From contig MU058781.1 of NCBI GenBank assembly GCA_013265495.1, forward strand, positions 124,001 through 188,000: a stretch of DNA of 64,000 nt. Reading direction: 5' to 3'. The stretch is from Vicugna vicugna (Eukaryota). A program made the position numbers and the translations under genes. This document shows, one piece after another, positions 11,596 through 24,300 of this stretch. Under the pieces are notes generated by a model. It did no database searches. It was given only the letters and a program-made list of their open reading frames with translations, and was not told the origin of the DNA. Each line of letters starts with the position of its first letter. The first letter of the stretch is position 1.

Positions 11596-12329
11596 GTCGC
11601 TTCCCACAGCCTCTCATCTCAGTCATACGTTTGTGATTAAACAGCAAATGTTAGAGATTCTGCTTAAAAACTAGATCAGGTCAATGTGGATCAACTGAAA
11701 TAAAACTCTCTGACATTTCTTCTATTAATAACCCAGTCTGATAAATTTAGCCTCCTTTCCTAACATGAGCTAATAAAAACCATTTTTGATTTACTGAAAA
11801 TATTCTCGGTTTCCTGGAGGAGTCCCCAGCGATCCTGCACCCTAAGCAGTCTGCGGTATTTGAGCAATCTGTTTTTTTTTTCATTTAAACAAATACATGT
11901 AAGTTGTCATCTCAGAGACAACTTTTCTCCATGAACAAAGTTCTTCTTTGGCCTCAATTTGATACACTGGGGGCATTAAGTTTTCAACAACTACATTTCA
12001 TTTCCCTTCTATGGAGTGGGAATGCTGCACATTGACATTAAGCCTCAGAAACATTCATGGAAAGGCATTTTTAACCTACATTAGATAGCCCCACAGCTTT
12101 TTACTCTCCCTCCCACAAGATAAACAATCAAACCTTTCACCTGGCTGAGGCATAACAGCGCTACCAGAGCAAATGGATCCGTATGCTGATCTGGGCTTTC
12201 TTTTCTGACAATCCAAAGCATATTATCTGATAAAAAAAAGTCCCCTCCCAAAAGAGACTAAGGAAATCTATGTCTGCCTTTATCATAGGAAAAGACTTAA
12301 ACATTTTAGCTCTTTTAAAGCATTCTTTG

Positions 12330-12350
12330 TCATTGGCTCGCAGCCAATGA
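12330..12350. promoter_or_regulatory. Perfect NFI palindromic site
   Basis: TCATTGGCTCGCAGCCAATGA contains TTGGC-N5-GCCAA within a 9-bp-arm palindrome. Confidence 0.55.
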
Positions 12351-13586
12351 TCACTGTAGTAATTTGAAGAGAAACACAGGTGTCAAGATGATTTTTCTGT
12401 TTTTTCAAGGATGCATAGATTAACTATTACACATCATGAGAGTAATTACTGGTATCCCTCAGTAGAAGGCAATTGAGTGAATAGAATTTTGTGAAGCAAC
12501 TGGATTGGTACATGATGGATTCAATTACATTTCTTAAATTGTTCAGAAATACACCTGTGGCTCTATAAATTAATAATGAAGTGAGCCAGCTCTGACTTGG
12601 GGAACTCCCATAACAGGCCAGCTGTCAGGAAAGGAGCCAGGATAGTGGGTGAATCCGCAGATCCTTTGGGAATCCGTGTCCAAGGAGCAGAAAGCAGAGC
12701 TCAGACGGAAGAGTGGAATCTTAAAGAGCTACCAGCAGAGAAATGAAAGCTGGAAGGTCCCCCCGCCCCAAGCTACAAGACAGTGAATCCAGTGAGCCTT
12801 AGGCATCTTGTAAATAAAGAGACCAGCCTTCCTTGGGCAGCAAAGCTAGAAGGCAGCTCCCCTCTGCAGGGGCCAGTCGTACTTCATGTGCAAAGCTCCT
12901 TGCCTGGGCTCGTTGTACTCCCACCTCGTCCAAGAGGAGACCAGACACCTCCTGAAAACTCACCTCCTTCACATGGCCTGGGCTGTGACTCACTAGACAT
13001 TTATTTGGATTTCCAAGCCAATGTGCCAAAGAAGATTAAAAGTGGATAATCAGTCACTTACCTTAATGTGAATGAATTAGGTGCTTTCCTAATATTATCT
13101 AACTGAGCTGCAAGGGAAGAACGGATGTCTTATGGAGGACCAGGTAAGGCAGAGTGAGGCAGCAGGGTAAAGGGTACTCCTGCCTCTTTTCCCGAAGATG
13201 GCAGCTGGGGAAGCAGAGAAGGAGAGCTGAAGACAATAGGATGACAGCTAAGAATGGCGGGGCAGCGGGGTTGCGGGGGAGCCTCCACCAACATGCATGT
13301 AACTCAGTGAGCCCCCTAGAATCCGCTCACTCTACAAAGTCTTCCTCCCCCTCCTAGGGTGGACAGAGCTGAACTCTTGCTTTGTTCTGTACTCGGTCTC
13401 CCCACCCGCTCATTTCCCTTTCTGTGGTGGTGATAATGCTTCCCACTGATAATGCCTGAGGATGGAGAGCCTTCTTGAGCCACGATGTAGGACACAGGCA
13501 GAATCGATGTGTTGAGTTAGGTCCTGTGTTCCCTGTAGATCCTTATTGCTGTTCCTTGGAGGACTGCCGGTCCTTGCCCTCATGCC

Positions 13587-13936
13587 CAGTCAGCCCGCCG
13601 TATCCTCAGGTTCCACACCTGTGGATTCAGCCAACTTTGAATCACACGTATTTGAAAAAAATTCCAAACAGTTCCAAAAAGCAAAACTTGAATTTATCCC
13701 ACACAGGCAATTACTTACAAAACATTTACATTGTATTTATAACTATTTGCTTAGCTTTTATACTGTACTGGGTCTTATAAGTAATCTAGAGATGATTTAC
13801 AGTATCAGGGAGGATGGGCATATGTCATATGCAAATACTACACCATTTTATATAAGGGACTTGAGCATCGCAGATTTTGGTACTAGGGAAGGGGGAATCC
13901 TCGAACCAACGCCCCTCAGATATCAAGGGATGAGTG
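13587..13936 (-). mobile_element. MER2/MER2B-type TcMar-Tigger MITE
   Basis: CAGTCAGCCCGCCGTATCC..TAAGTAATCTAGAGATGATTTA..CCATTTTATATAAGGGACTTGAGCATC..GATATCAAGGGATGAGTG followed by TA. Confidence 0.9.
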
Positions 13937-14089
13937 TACTCAGCTATAAAAAGTAGGAATCAAATCAGTTTTCATTATTGAAATATTCCCCCCACCCCAA
14001 TCTTATCCATTAAGCAAAGCCTGAAGCCTGGTGTGTAGGTTTATTTGAAACAAATAAAGCTACCTACTGCCTTGGGTGGTGTGGTAACC

Positions 14090-14400
14090 TGAGTGCATGA
14101 CCTGAAGACCTTGTGACCCTTACTCAGGCATTTCTCCCCCTGGGTCTCAACTTTTTTTATGTCCAAAAAGGGGAGATTAGACATTAATAAGAATACTAAT
14201 GCTGAACTCCAGCCCTGTGATCTTTTAACTCTTACTAAAATACACATACAGGGCAGGTTTTGTTGCCCTCCTCTGTGTAGCAAAGGAAGCCAAGGCTCAA
14301 AGCAGTGAAGCCACACAGCCCAGATCATCCATCTGGTGAGAGTCAGCTGGAGATACACACTCATGTCCTCGTTAGACCCGCATGTCTGTAGGGCTTATCT
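14090..14400. mobile_element. Two MIR fragments in opposite orientation
   Basis: TTGTGACCCTTACTCAGGC..GGGTCTCAACTTT on +, and GGAAGCCAAGGCTCAAAGCAGTGAAG..CCCAGATCATCCATCTGGTGAG on -. Confidence 0.5.
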
Positions 14401-15850
14401 GACTCCCATTCTCTCCCAGTCTGATTTTATGATCTAGATGGTGCGAGTCATTGTGAAGCAAACTCCAACGGACAGTTGTAAGGAGCTTGCGTAGACTGAA
14501 GATCAACAGTAAGAGTGTAATAGAAGAAAATGTTCTGATTGACAGTCATGAAAAATACAGATTTATCAAAATATTCCATTATTGCTTCTAAGGTTAAGTT
14601 GTATCATTTTGGGTGACTTCTTACTTTTTATGTCCATTTTTGATAACATTTTAAATCCGGATAAAAGTGAACCCCCTTTTCAAGACAGTATCAACTTCAA
14701 ATACCCTCCCCCTTTGTTTCAGTACAAACATGAGATGAATAAAGTGTGTTGTTTCACAAACTCCGATTTTATTTGCTTTATGTTCATGAAACATGATGAG
14801 TAGGAACAAAGTCTCAACTGTTCTGTTAAGTTTTAAATCTTAAAGTATCCAATTCATTTTCAAATGATCCAAGTCATTTTCTTTTTTTCTTAATTTTTCA
14901 GTTACCACCTTAGGGTAAACTATAAAATGGGGGGATTTAGAATTAGCATTATTTAAAGACCTTAAGAACCATGAATGATTTCTTATGGGTTATGTGATGC
15001 CCTTCCACCTTTAAGTCCCACATGAATCAAGTTAATCACAAAGTCAAATATGTAAAATTAAGATTATGTTTTGTTATTTAGGCAATTTCAAAGAACAGAG
15101 CATAAAAGGAAAAAAAGAGAGAGCCATTGAAAAAGGCAAATTCTTACAACATCTCGTTTATGAATCTTTTTGTCCTCTTGACACTGGCAACTGGGGCTTC
15201 CTGATAAGGAATTTGATGTTAAAATTGATGGGGAAACCCCACGTTTTACTGCCAGTAACTTGTTTTGTTTGGAGAGTTTCTTCTTTTTATGGTGCAGCTG
15301 TAGCATCAAATAAAAGTCTATCTGTTCTTTCCTATTCTTAGATTAATTCTTAGAAGAATACGGAATTTACCATCACCCATACCATTGCCCAATGGCACAG
15401 CATACTGCTTTAAACAAAATGTCTTTATTCTTTTACAAGTTGGATAATAACGAAGACAATGAAACTGAGTGAATGTTGTCTTTATGTATTTTTCTGAAGA
15501 CGTGTGAGAAACGGTGGCTTTCAGGAAAACGTACACTGGGCTCCCTGAGGGGACAGGCACTGGGATGAGCTGCAAGCCAGGAGCCAGGGGTCCTGGGCCA
15601 CCAACCAACTCACGACTTTGAAAGGGACCCTCATAATGTTTATCAACTCTCTGTACAATTTTTTCCCCCATAGACAGAGTGAGAAAGAAAGTAAGCAGTT
15701 GAAGAAATTCCTTCCAATTTTAAAGAGCTGGGATTCACAGTAGATGAGTAAGGAAAGTGATTTTTAGCTTTTAATCCAATTTTATAAAAAAAGCAAAATT
15801 GAGGTGTAGAGATGTAATGAGTTATATTTATTCTTTATGACAGAAACAGA

Positions 15851-15895
<45 letters not shown>
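15851..15895. repeat. (ATT)15 microsatellite
   Basis: Pure trinucleotide run. It explains the poly-Leu in ORF 15837-16028. Confidence 0.97.
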
Positions 15896-15897
<2 letters not shown>

Positions 15898-17024
15898 TTG
15901 CTTGGAATGGAAAATCATGTTTCCTTCATTATCCAGGAATATCAGGTGGTAAGTTTGCCTTTTTGTGCAAGGATGATGTCCTGTGGTGGCTGAGTGTAGG
16001 CTCTGCACGGAGGGTTGCTGGTGTCTGAATCCCAGCCTCCGCCCTCTTCAATAGGCCACTGTCTCATCACTTCCCCTCGCCTTGAACTTGTGTGTTGAAC
16101 ACAGATTTCTTTGCTCTGTGGGGCATTGGTGGACTGAAGATAGGTACAGTCAAATTCAAAATGAGTAAGAATTCAGTTAATCCTAGATTCTGGATCTAAG
16201 AGCATCTGCTTTTCTACTCTATTAGATCCTGATTTTAGTTTAGGACGTTGAGTAAATGGCTCTGTCTCAAACAGGTAGCCTTTGTCTCTTGGATCATTAT
16301 TTGGGAAATATCATTCCATGATGTCAATAATGAGAACACAGTATGTCATCCAAACACAATTATATAGGTTCAAAAATCGCTATCAGCCTGTTTACGTATG
16401 GTCCCAGGATCTGAGTTTCTTTCTCAGCTCTGTGTGTTTATGTATTCACACTGCAAAACTCAGTTCACAGCAGCAATGCAATTAGCAAGCTCTCTGAAAA
16501 ACTACCTCCGTTTGTGGCTGCTAATGTATTTGCTATAGATTTTAGTGACAGAAATAGTGATATTAATGTCGTCAACATCCATGTCACTGCTTGCAGGCAT
16601 CATGTAAACCAAAAGGTTACATTTTAAATTATGAAAGGCTGGGTTTAAAAAAAAAATCCTTCATTTTTCTGACTTGTCACATTAGAGTTTAAGATTATGT
16701 TATAGGTGCCCAGAATTAATCATAACATGTTAGGCTAGGTAGAAATAAAATATAATGTGGGAAGTCTATATTGTTGATTTAAAATATTTTAAATGTTACA
16801 CTATATTCTCAATAGTAAGATAAAATTCTGTTTTATGAATAACCTCTACATTTAGTCAGATAAACTTGTTTGCATTTACCATTAGACGTATCCTAATTGG
16901 TGCACATTTCTCTGCTTTAAAATCCCAAATAATGTAAGAATACACATTTCAGAAAAATTATGATTTTTGACTTATTCAAAGTGGCCTATATGCACATACA
17001 TATGTATGCAGGACGTGCACAAGT

Positions 17025-17172
17025 TTTACATTTACTAGGTGCCTGATTACTGAATGTTCCCAGTAACCTTATGGAGCTGGTATTATTATGCCCACTTTAA
17101 AAATAAGAAAACTGATTCTCAGAGATTAAGTAACTTGCCCAAGATGATGCAGCAATAAAGGGATGGCACTAA
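17025..17172 (-). mobile_element. MIR SINE remnant
   Basis: TATTATTATGCCCACTTTAAAAATAAGAAAACTGATTCTCAGAGATTAAGTAACTTGCCCAAGATG (MIR core). Confidence 0.8.
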
Positions 17173-17699
17173 GGGAAGACGAAGGATGATCAGTCTCTTA
17201 CAGATGAGTCGCTTCTAGATTCCTAACTCTATTCATAATTATCCTTCTCAACCATTAGTTCTATGGTTTTTGACACCAATTTTCTCCTTACTGGGGCATA
17301 CTCCTGCTGTCTGGGCTCTTTTTCTAAGTATGGGATTGAAGAGTGGTGCTAACTGATCCTTTGGAGTGATACGTACACGTGTGGTGTGGCAGCAGTAATA
17401 GCAATTTCCTGAGGATATCTGAAGGCGGAAGTCATCTTCTGTGTTCCCGTCAGTTACCTTCCGTACATCAACATTGTGCTCTGGAAGCAGAGTGGTTTTT
17501 GGCTTCCTCCCTTTTTTTCTTTTTAATTCTTACTAAAACTGCAGAGAAAATATTAAAATAAATGACAAGCCATTGTTCTGTGAGATCTACAGTGCTTTAA
17601 AAAGACTAAATATGAGACCTAAATATTTATTAATTAGAATAATTTAAAAAACTGGAACCAGAAATCCTGCTATCCGTGGCTAGAGTCCTGCTTGAGAAA

Positions 17700-17835
17700 T
17701 TTCTTTTTATTTTAATTAAAGTTTAGTTGATTTACTATATTGTGTTAGTTGCAGGTGTACAGCAGAGTGATTCAGTTTTATATATATGTATATATACATA
17801 CACATATATATAAAGTATTTTCAGATTATTTATAT
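17700..17835 (-). mobile_element. Very short L1 3' tail
   Basis: TTTTAATTAAAGTTTAGTTGATTTACTATATTGTGTTAGTTGCAGGTGTACAGCAGAGTGATTCAGTT plus TA-rich run. Confidence 0.8.
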
Positions 17836-20800
17836 GTTAGTTTAGTTAACCCCACTCCCACATTATTTGGAGATCATATCCCCTCACTTGCAGAAACTTC
17901 TTTTCAAGGATACAAATTTTTTAAAAAAGCTGTCCGCCACTTAATCATTAACAAGGTTATCTAAGATATTTATTCATTTATTCACTTTATGTGCTTATTC
18001 ATTAATCAAATATTTACTAATTACCTATTACAAGTGAAGCATCCTGCTAGATGTTAAGGGTGGGTAATATTAAAAACAAAACTATCAGAGGATGCCAGAT
18101 TGATACATTTTGTCGCTTGGAATTACACAACTCTTGAAAACCTAGGTCATCGTCACTGAAATAGAAGGAAATTTCTTCAGCTTTGTACTAAAATCATGGA
18201 AGCTGATGCTATTTCCAGGGAAAAAAAGCCCATTTGCACAATATTATGGGCTCTAGAAGAATCTGTTTTATTAGAAAGTGAGATCTGGTTTTATTTGTCT
18301 TAAAAATCAGTGCAAAGTTTTGGTTTTTAAACTGAGACCAAAGATGAATTGGAAGCTACACGTGGAAAAGCAGAAATGCTTCCACTGTTTTTGCCAGTTT
18401 CCCTTAATGCATGTTTCAGGTCGAGAGTTCGAGAGTGAAAAATGAGAGATATTTCAGCATCCTGTTTGGATTCTCTTTATTCTGAGTGGGATTATGGCTT
18501 GGAATGAGGAGATCGTGGAGTTCAGGGAATCAGGTGTTTTGACCCTCCTGTTTTATTAAATCACTCAGCTATTAAAAGCAAGCACAGAGACTTAGACTGT
18601 AATCAGTCCATATTGGGAGAAAAATCATGTGTGGAATAATTCAGATGCCAATGACTTTAGTCTTTTCCAACTCTGGGAAAGATAAGTAACTATAAATGCA
18701 TCCTATTAAGTCACTAACAGGAACTTTTCTGAAATTCCCAGAAACTGAGCAAGAGATCAAGGATATTTTGTGGGTTATTTTTTGAAGTCAATCAAACAAT
18801 AATGGTGATTGTAGCATTTGGCATCTAAAAGGTATTAACTTTTGGCTGTTGCATGGATTTCATTAAATTCAATGAGATTTTTGTTAGAAAGAACTTGCCA
18901 AAGCAAATTTGCATGTCTGAAAAAGTAGTCATGGAATCTGTTCATTAGCTTTTTTATCCAGGAAAGGTCTACAGATGCAAAGATGTGATTTTGGATGGAA
19001 TTCATTTGGATGTGTCACTCGGGAGGGTATCTTTGCATTGCAGGCTGCCTAAATTTGGAAGAACTCGGTCCCCTTGATTGTCTTTGTTCTTTGCTGAGTC
19101 TCTGGAATACCATGGTTTGCAAGGCCAGAAATGGAGAGAATTTCACCGTTTCAATGGTGGTTGAAGGCTTACCACTCCAGATCAGCCTAATCCATGGCAG
19201 AGTCACCAGGGAAATAGTTTCATAGATGTTTAGGTTTTTCACATCAGCCATATAGTATTTTTCCTTCTCCTGTTTTCTTGATCACTGCATTTCACTTCTA
19301 ATTAAATCTCTCACCTCACTGCTGGTGTCAGGAATGCAGGGAGGCATGATTTGTGCCTTTGGGTTTTGTTGATTAAGAATGACAAGGTTTTGGTTGTTTA
19401 TACTGACTGATCCTTAAAAGACTATTTTAAAAATTGCTTTTCTTCTGTCTGATTTTAAAAGTGGCCTGAAAAAAACCCTCAAAGGTATTTCCGATGCCTG
19501 GGTTGAATGGAAGCTGAGAGCTGTCAGTCAATCCTTTTCTTACCAAACGCAGTTTAGAATATTATGTTCTTTCTTTTCTAAAGTCGCATCAATTCAGCAA
19601 TCTCATACTTTCGCACAGGGATCGTTTAATTTATGAAAATTATATTTTTCTGGAAAAGTAACCTTCTGTTTTCAAATTCTCTTTTACTGTTACCAGACTT
19701 GTCACTGTGCCTCAGGTCTTGTGAGAGTGAACTTCATTGATAGCAAAAGCCCATTTTAAAGAGGAGGCGCAGTCAGGACCAGCGCCCGCCCTGCTGCTAA
19801 GTTTACAAAATAGGCTGGAGAGAGTTAGCGCCAGAAGGAGGCTGAGCCCACTGGGGTTTGAGGGCTGAGGTTCCATTTAGGGTCCCTCCTTCTAGAAGGA
19901 GATGGAAGCACGGGGCAGAGAAACTCAGCAGGCTTCAGGGCAGAGGGTGAGGCAGCATTGCTGGCCTTTCCACACAGTCAGAAGACGGAATCAGGAAAAT
20001 GAAGCAAGAGCCTTAATCTCGCTCGGGGTTTGGGTAGCAGAGCCCCAGGTCTTGGCTGATTTGTTTTCTGGCCTGTAGCATATCCAGCTGCTGGAAACCA
20101 GAGATGGAAAAGACAAAGGAAAGTCTGAAACTCCATCAGGTACGGTAAGGCTGTTGGATCTGCAAAATTCGAGTCTTGAAGGAGGCTAAGCGTTATTTTT
20201 CTGTTGCTCTCTGTAACTGAAAATAGCAGCCTACCTTTGAGCAAGGCTGTGATGCCTTCGGAGGGACCGAGTATTCTCAGTGATGCTGGTGAGCGCAGCG
20301 CGCTGTTCTCAGCCCCTCAGTCTTCAATTTGTCTCCCGGTAATAAATAATGTAAATAATGCTAAAATTAAATGAAAGCACATTTTGCAAGAAAACAAACA
20401 AACCGCTAAACATTAAAATGACAGAAGAGTCCCCAAACAGAGTGGAAAGCCCTGGAGTGGTGGCCTCACCATGGTGAAACTAAATCATCAGCACAAGCAG
20501 GTTCTAATAAAGAATTCAGGGTGATGGAGGGGCCCTATTATGTTACAAAGCCCAGAAGGCTCTGCTGTTGCCACCACCACGAAGTGAATAGGTTAAAAGA
20601 CTTTAAATGGGATTGCCGTGGCTCTCTACAGCAAAAAGCAGGTAAAATGCCTTTATTAACACCTCTAATTTGAGGTATCTCTGATGTTGGACAATCTGGT
20701 TTGCCTCATTCAGAAAATTAGGGGAACATAGCCAGAAAGAAAGCAACGTTACAGAAACGATCCCAATAAAAGTCTTTTTGAAAACGAATTAAAATTTTCT

Positions 20801-21854
20801 GTTCAGTAGAGGCTTCTAGGAGAAAAGCGACTGATCAATTAATGTTCATTTAATCGTTTTTCAGTACCTCCCGTGTGCCAGGCACTGAGTACCTGTACCC
20901 TTCAAAACGACACGATGTTTGTTTACAGTGTAGTCGGCTGCTTGCCTGGCCCAGAACGGGGTTGGCATTTATTCTGTCTTTCACGTTGTTAGTTTAAAAT
21001 TCATGCAAAGCTTCCAAATAAAAGGCTATTCTTTTAAAAAGTTTTGTGTCCATTGTGTGGACATTCGTCTCATTTTTTCTCATGATTCTAACCACTTCCT
21101 GACCCTTAGTTCTGGAAGGTTAAATAAAAAAGAAATGAAGTTGAAGAAACCGTGAGATTCATAAATCTGAGTTGTTTTTCTTGTGCAACATTATGCATTA
21201 ACGTGAGGGACTGTCATCGCTTAGATCATCACTAAAAGTAATTGTTATAAATATTACCTGATGGTCTGACATGGAATGTATTACAATATTTGAACATTTT
21301 AAAAGGATATGAAATATTCTGTCTCATTTTGGTATAATCTCCTGGCAGTAGAACCCCGACACTGTGCTATAGTCATGCTTTCAATTACATTACTAAGTAG
21401 TCACACATTAAGTTCTCATGAAAAAAAAAGTCCTTTTATTTCCATCATACCCTGCCCTATTGTTTTTAAAATGGGTTTCAGAAATAAAGATGCAAACTTG
21501 AATGGAAAAAAAGCGATTTATGGTGTCATACTCTTCTTTTTGTGCTTTCTCACATAGTATAAAGATAAAGGCTATTGTTTATTTTCAAATTTGGGAGTGT
21601 CTTGTTTTAATAGCAGAAGAAAATACTAAATCATGGTGACCATCTTTCCTGGTATGACTCATAATATTTTCAAGCTTCTTTTGTGGCAAAAGTTGATGCA
21701 ATCTCCAGTTCTCCCTGAAGGGGTTCTCTCATTTATTTTCTTGGGGGCATACTAATGGGAATGGGTTTTGCAATAGATTGAATGTGCTAATGTCTCTGCC
21801 CTCATCTGATGAGGCTGTGATTAACTCTACAGTGTGTTCTCCCAACTAATAGTG

Positions 21855-21900
21855 TTTGTGTGTGCATGTGTGTGTGTATGTCCTTGTGTGTGTGTGTATG
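21855..21900. repeat. Imperfect (TG)n
   Basis: Visible directly. Confidence 0.85.
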
Positions 21901-23149
21901 GTTGAGGGGCAGGTTCACCAGATTATCATTGATTATTCATCTTCCTTAAGAACTGGCATTATTTGAAAGTGATTACTATGTAGTATGAAGTGATAGTCGG
22001 GTGGGGGGGTGTCTCTTCAAAAGTGTACAAGGATAAATCCTTAAGGAGAAAAAGATTTCTGTTACTTTAATCATTAGCCTCTAGCGCTGTGGATTTGACT
22101 GATCATTGAAAAACAGGGTACTCTGTGCACATAGATCTGCTTTTGGATGGTTTTTTGGCTTGCATTTTGTTCACACAACCTGGAGCTAGTTTAATGAGGT
22201 AACTTCAAGTTGCCAGCCTTTGTCCAATCACAATAGTCAATGATATAATTCTTTATGTGTCTGTGTAAATGGACTTTCAAATTAAAAATTATTGTTTCGT
22301 AGATTTAAAATAGCATGCAGCTAGCAGCCCCTGGTATAAACCTTTCCGGGTCTCGATGAAGGTATGGAAAGACCAAAACAGACAGCAGCAAAACAAATAA
22401 ACAAGAAGTGAGAAACAAACCACACTGGCAGTAACCCCATCAGCAGAGTCTGGAAGGATGCTTTAATAACTGTGAAGATGATGCACCCAGACGGAAAACG
22501 CAACCGTGGCCCAATCTCACTAAAACTAATTCCCCTCAAGGGGGGAGATGCGCCTTGTCCCAGCGTCTGCTTGCTTGTTCGTGAGATAACCGCCCTGTAC
22601 GACCATCACTCTTTGAGGCAGGGTACTGGCCACCTGTCTTGTTCTTCCGCTAATCAGAAATGCCGAGCCCCAGACAACAACCAGGCAGAAGGCAGCCTGG
22701 GGGCTGGAGAACTGGCACAAATATATTGCACTCTGGGCAGTATAGTTTCCACAAGGAAGTGCTGGGCGGGGTGTGTGTGGGCGGCGTTCTGTGCTGACAG
22801 TCGCAGCTTTCTGTGCCCGTCATCCATTCGTAGTGGAAAGCACCAGGTAACGGATGTGGTGTTCAGGCCGATTCTAGCAGACAGAATCCTACTAGAAACT
22901 AGTAATTGGCCCTTACTGATTCAGGAGGAGCCTACAACCAGCCCCTGCGTGCAGGGACTGTAGGTTGATGGGTGGCATATTTTTGTCGGTCACTGGTAAA
23001 CGCTGGAGGCATCTGCACGGTATCTCCTGACTCCTGGATGCATCAACAGAAATCAGCAACAGAACTCATACAGGGACCACGTAAAATCTTTCCACATCAC
23101 GGTAAACGAAACATCATTCTGAAAAGCCAGAGGAGGTAGATTATGAAAC

Positions 23150-23940
23150 TATTTTGTGTGAGGAGCCAGACAGAGTAACGCTGCTTAGGCATCGACAGTA
23201 AGACGCAGGCGAACGCAGCTTCCCGGGACAGCCACAGGAACCCACAGGAAGGAGAAGGCTGACTGACGAGGAAACAGTGAGCACAGGAGGTGGGTAAGGC
23301 ACAGGTGAATCTCTGTTCCACGGTAAAGTCAGAGAATTAAAGTCTGTCCCAGGGGCCAGGGAAGGGCAGAGCTGATCCTCAGAGAATAACGTCAAGTGTG
23401 GAGCTGAGGGGCAAATTTGAGAAGAACTTCTGTAAAGCAGGTGAACAAGTAAAATCAACTAAAATCATTAAAAAGAAGACGACATATCTGAAGAACAGAG
23501 AGTAGAGATCTGAGCCTAAGAAACACAGCTATCCCTAATATGAAAGGCAGACAAATATTCAGAGTCACTGTTGACTATTTCACTCGTGGAAAAATGATCC
23601 AATTTTGCAGATTAAAGACGTCCCATGTGCTTCAGGTGACCTCAGTAAGGGAGATCACAGATAAAAACATAGACTGCTCAAACTCTTAATTGCAAGAATA
23701 TATGAGAAGTAAATCTTCAACACAATGGGGCAGAACAACAACAACAAAGTCACTATTACGAGGAAGCAAAATCAAACAGATTCCAGCAAAATAGTTGAAG
23801 ATAACAGCCATTCAGCCATTGAGACTGGGGAAGAAAATGTCCTGTCTCAACAATTGAACACCTGGTCATGCTACCTTTCTTTTGTGAAAGAAAAAGTAAG
23901 ATATTCTGCATTATAAAAGTGTTTAAAATATATTTTCTGG
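23150..23940 (+). mobile_element. HAL1 / old L1 ORF1 remnant
   Basis: Degenerate ORF1 landmarks in order: GAGGGGCAAATTTGAGAAG, GAACAGAGAGTAGAGATCTGAGCCTAAG, TTGCAGATTAAAG (LQIE-like), CATAGACTGCTCAAACTC (HIL.K-like), AAAATCAAACAG, TTTTGTGAAAGAAAAAGTAAGATATTCT. Confidence 0.6.
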
Positions 23941-24199
23941 GATCAATTAAAAATTAATTCCATTGATGGCAGGATTAATCCATATTAAAACCTAAAATCA
24001 GGGATGATCCTAGATTCTATTTCAAGAAAATAGTAAAAAGTGTGGACAGTGTTCTTGGGCACAGCTCCTTCATTACTATAAATGTCATAAGTGTCCAATA
24101 TTATGAGAAAGTTTCATACAGTTGGGCAACACAGGCATAAAGAATGTCATGGCAAAAAAATTTTTCATGGCACAGGAAAATGTTTGCAAGATAATCAAT

Positions 24200-24300
24200 A
24201 GACTATGAACTTCATGAGGACAGGACTGTGTTTGGTTCTTCAATTTATTTCTAACGCCTTGCACAATAAGTGCTGACTGTAATAAATAAATAATGATTAA
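24200..24300 (+). mobile_element. L2 3' end fragment
   Basis: TAGACTATGAACTTCATGAGGACAGGACTGTGT..GCCTTGCACAATAAGTGCT..AATAAATAAATAATG. Confidence 0.7.

Noticed and set aside
13475..13956. ORFs of 101 and 136 aa
   Set aside because: They lie within a non-coding MER2-type MITE and have no transposase motifs.
19015..19275. Minus-strand open frame ending at a GTAAGC donor
   Set aside because: The upstream AG lacks a pyrimidine tract and the peptide is unrecognisable.
22472..22963. 163-aa ORF on +
   Set aside because: No recognisable cellular or viral homology and no convincing exon boundaries.
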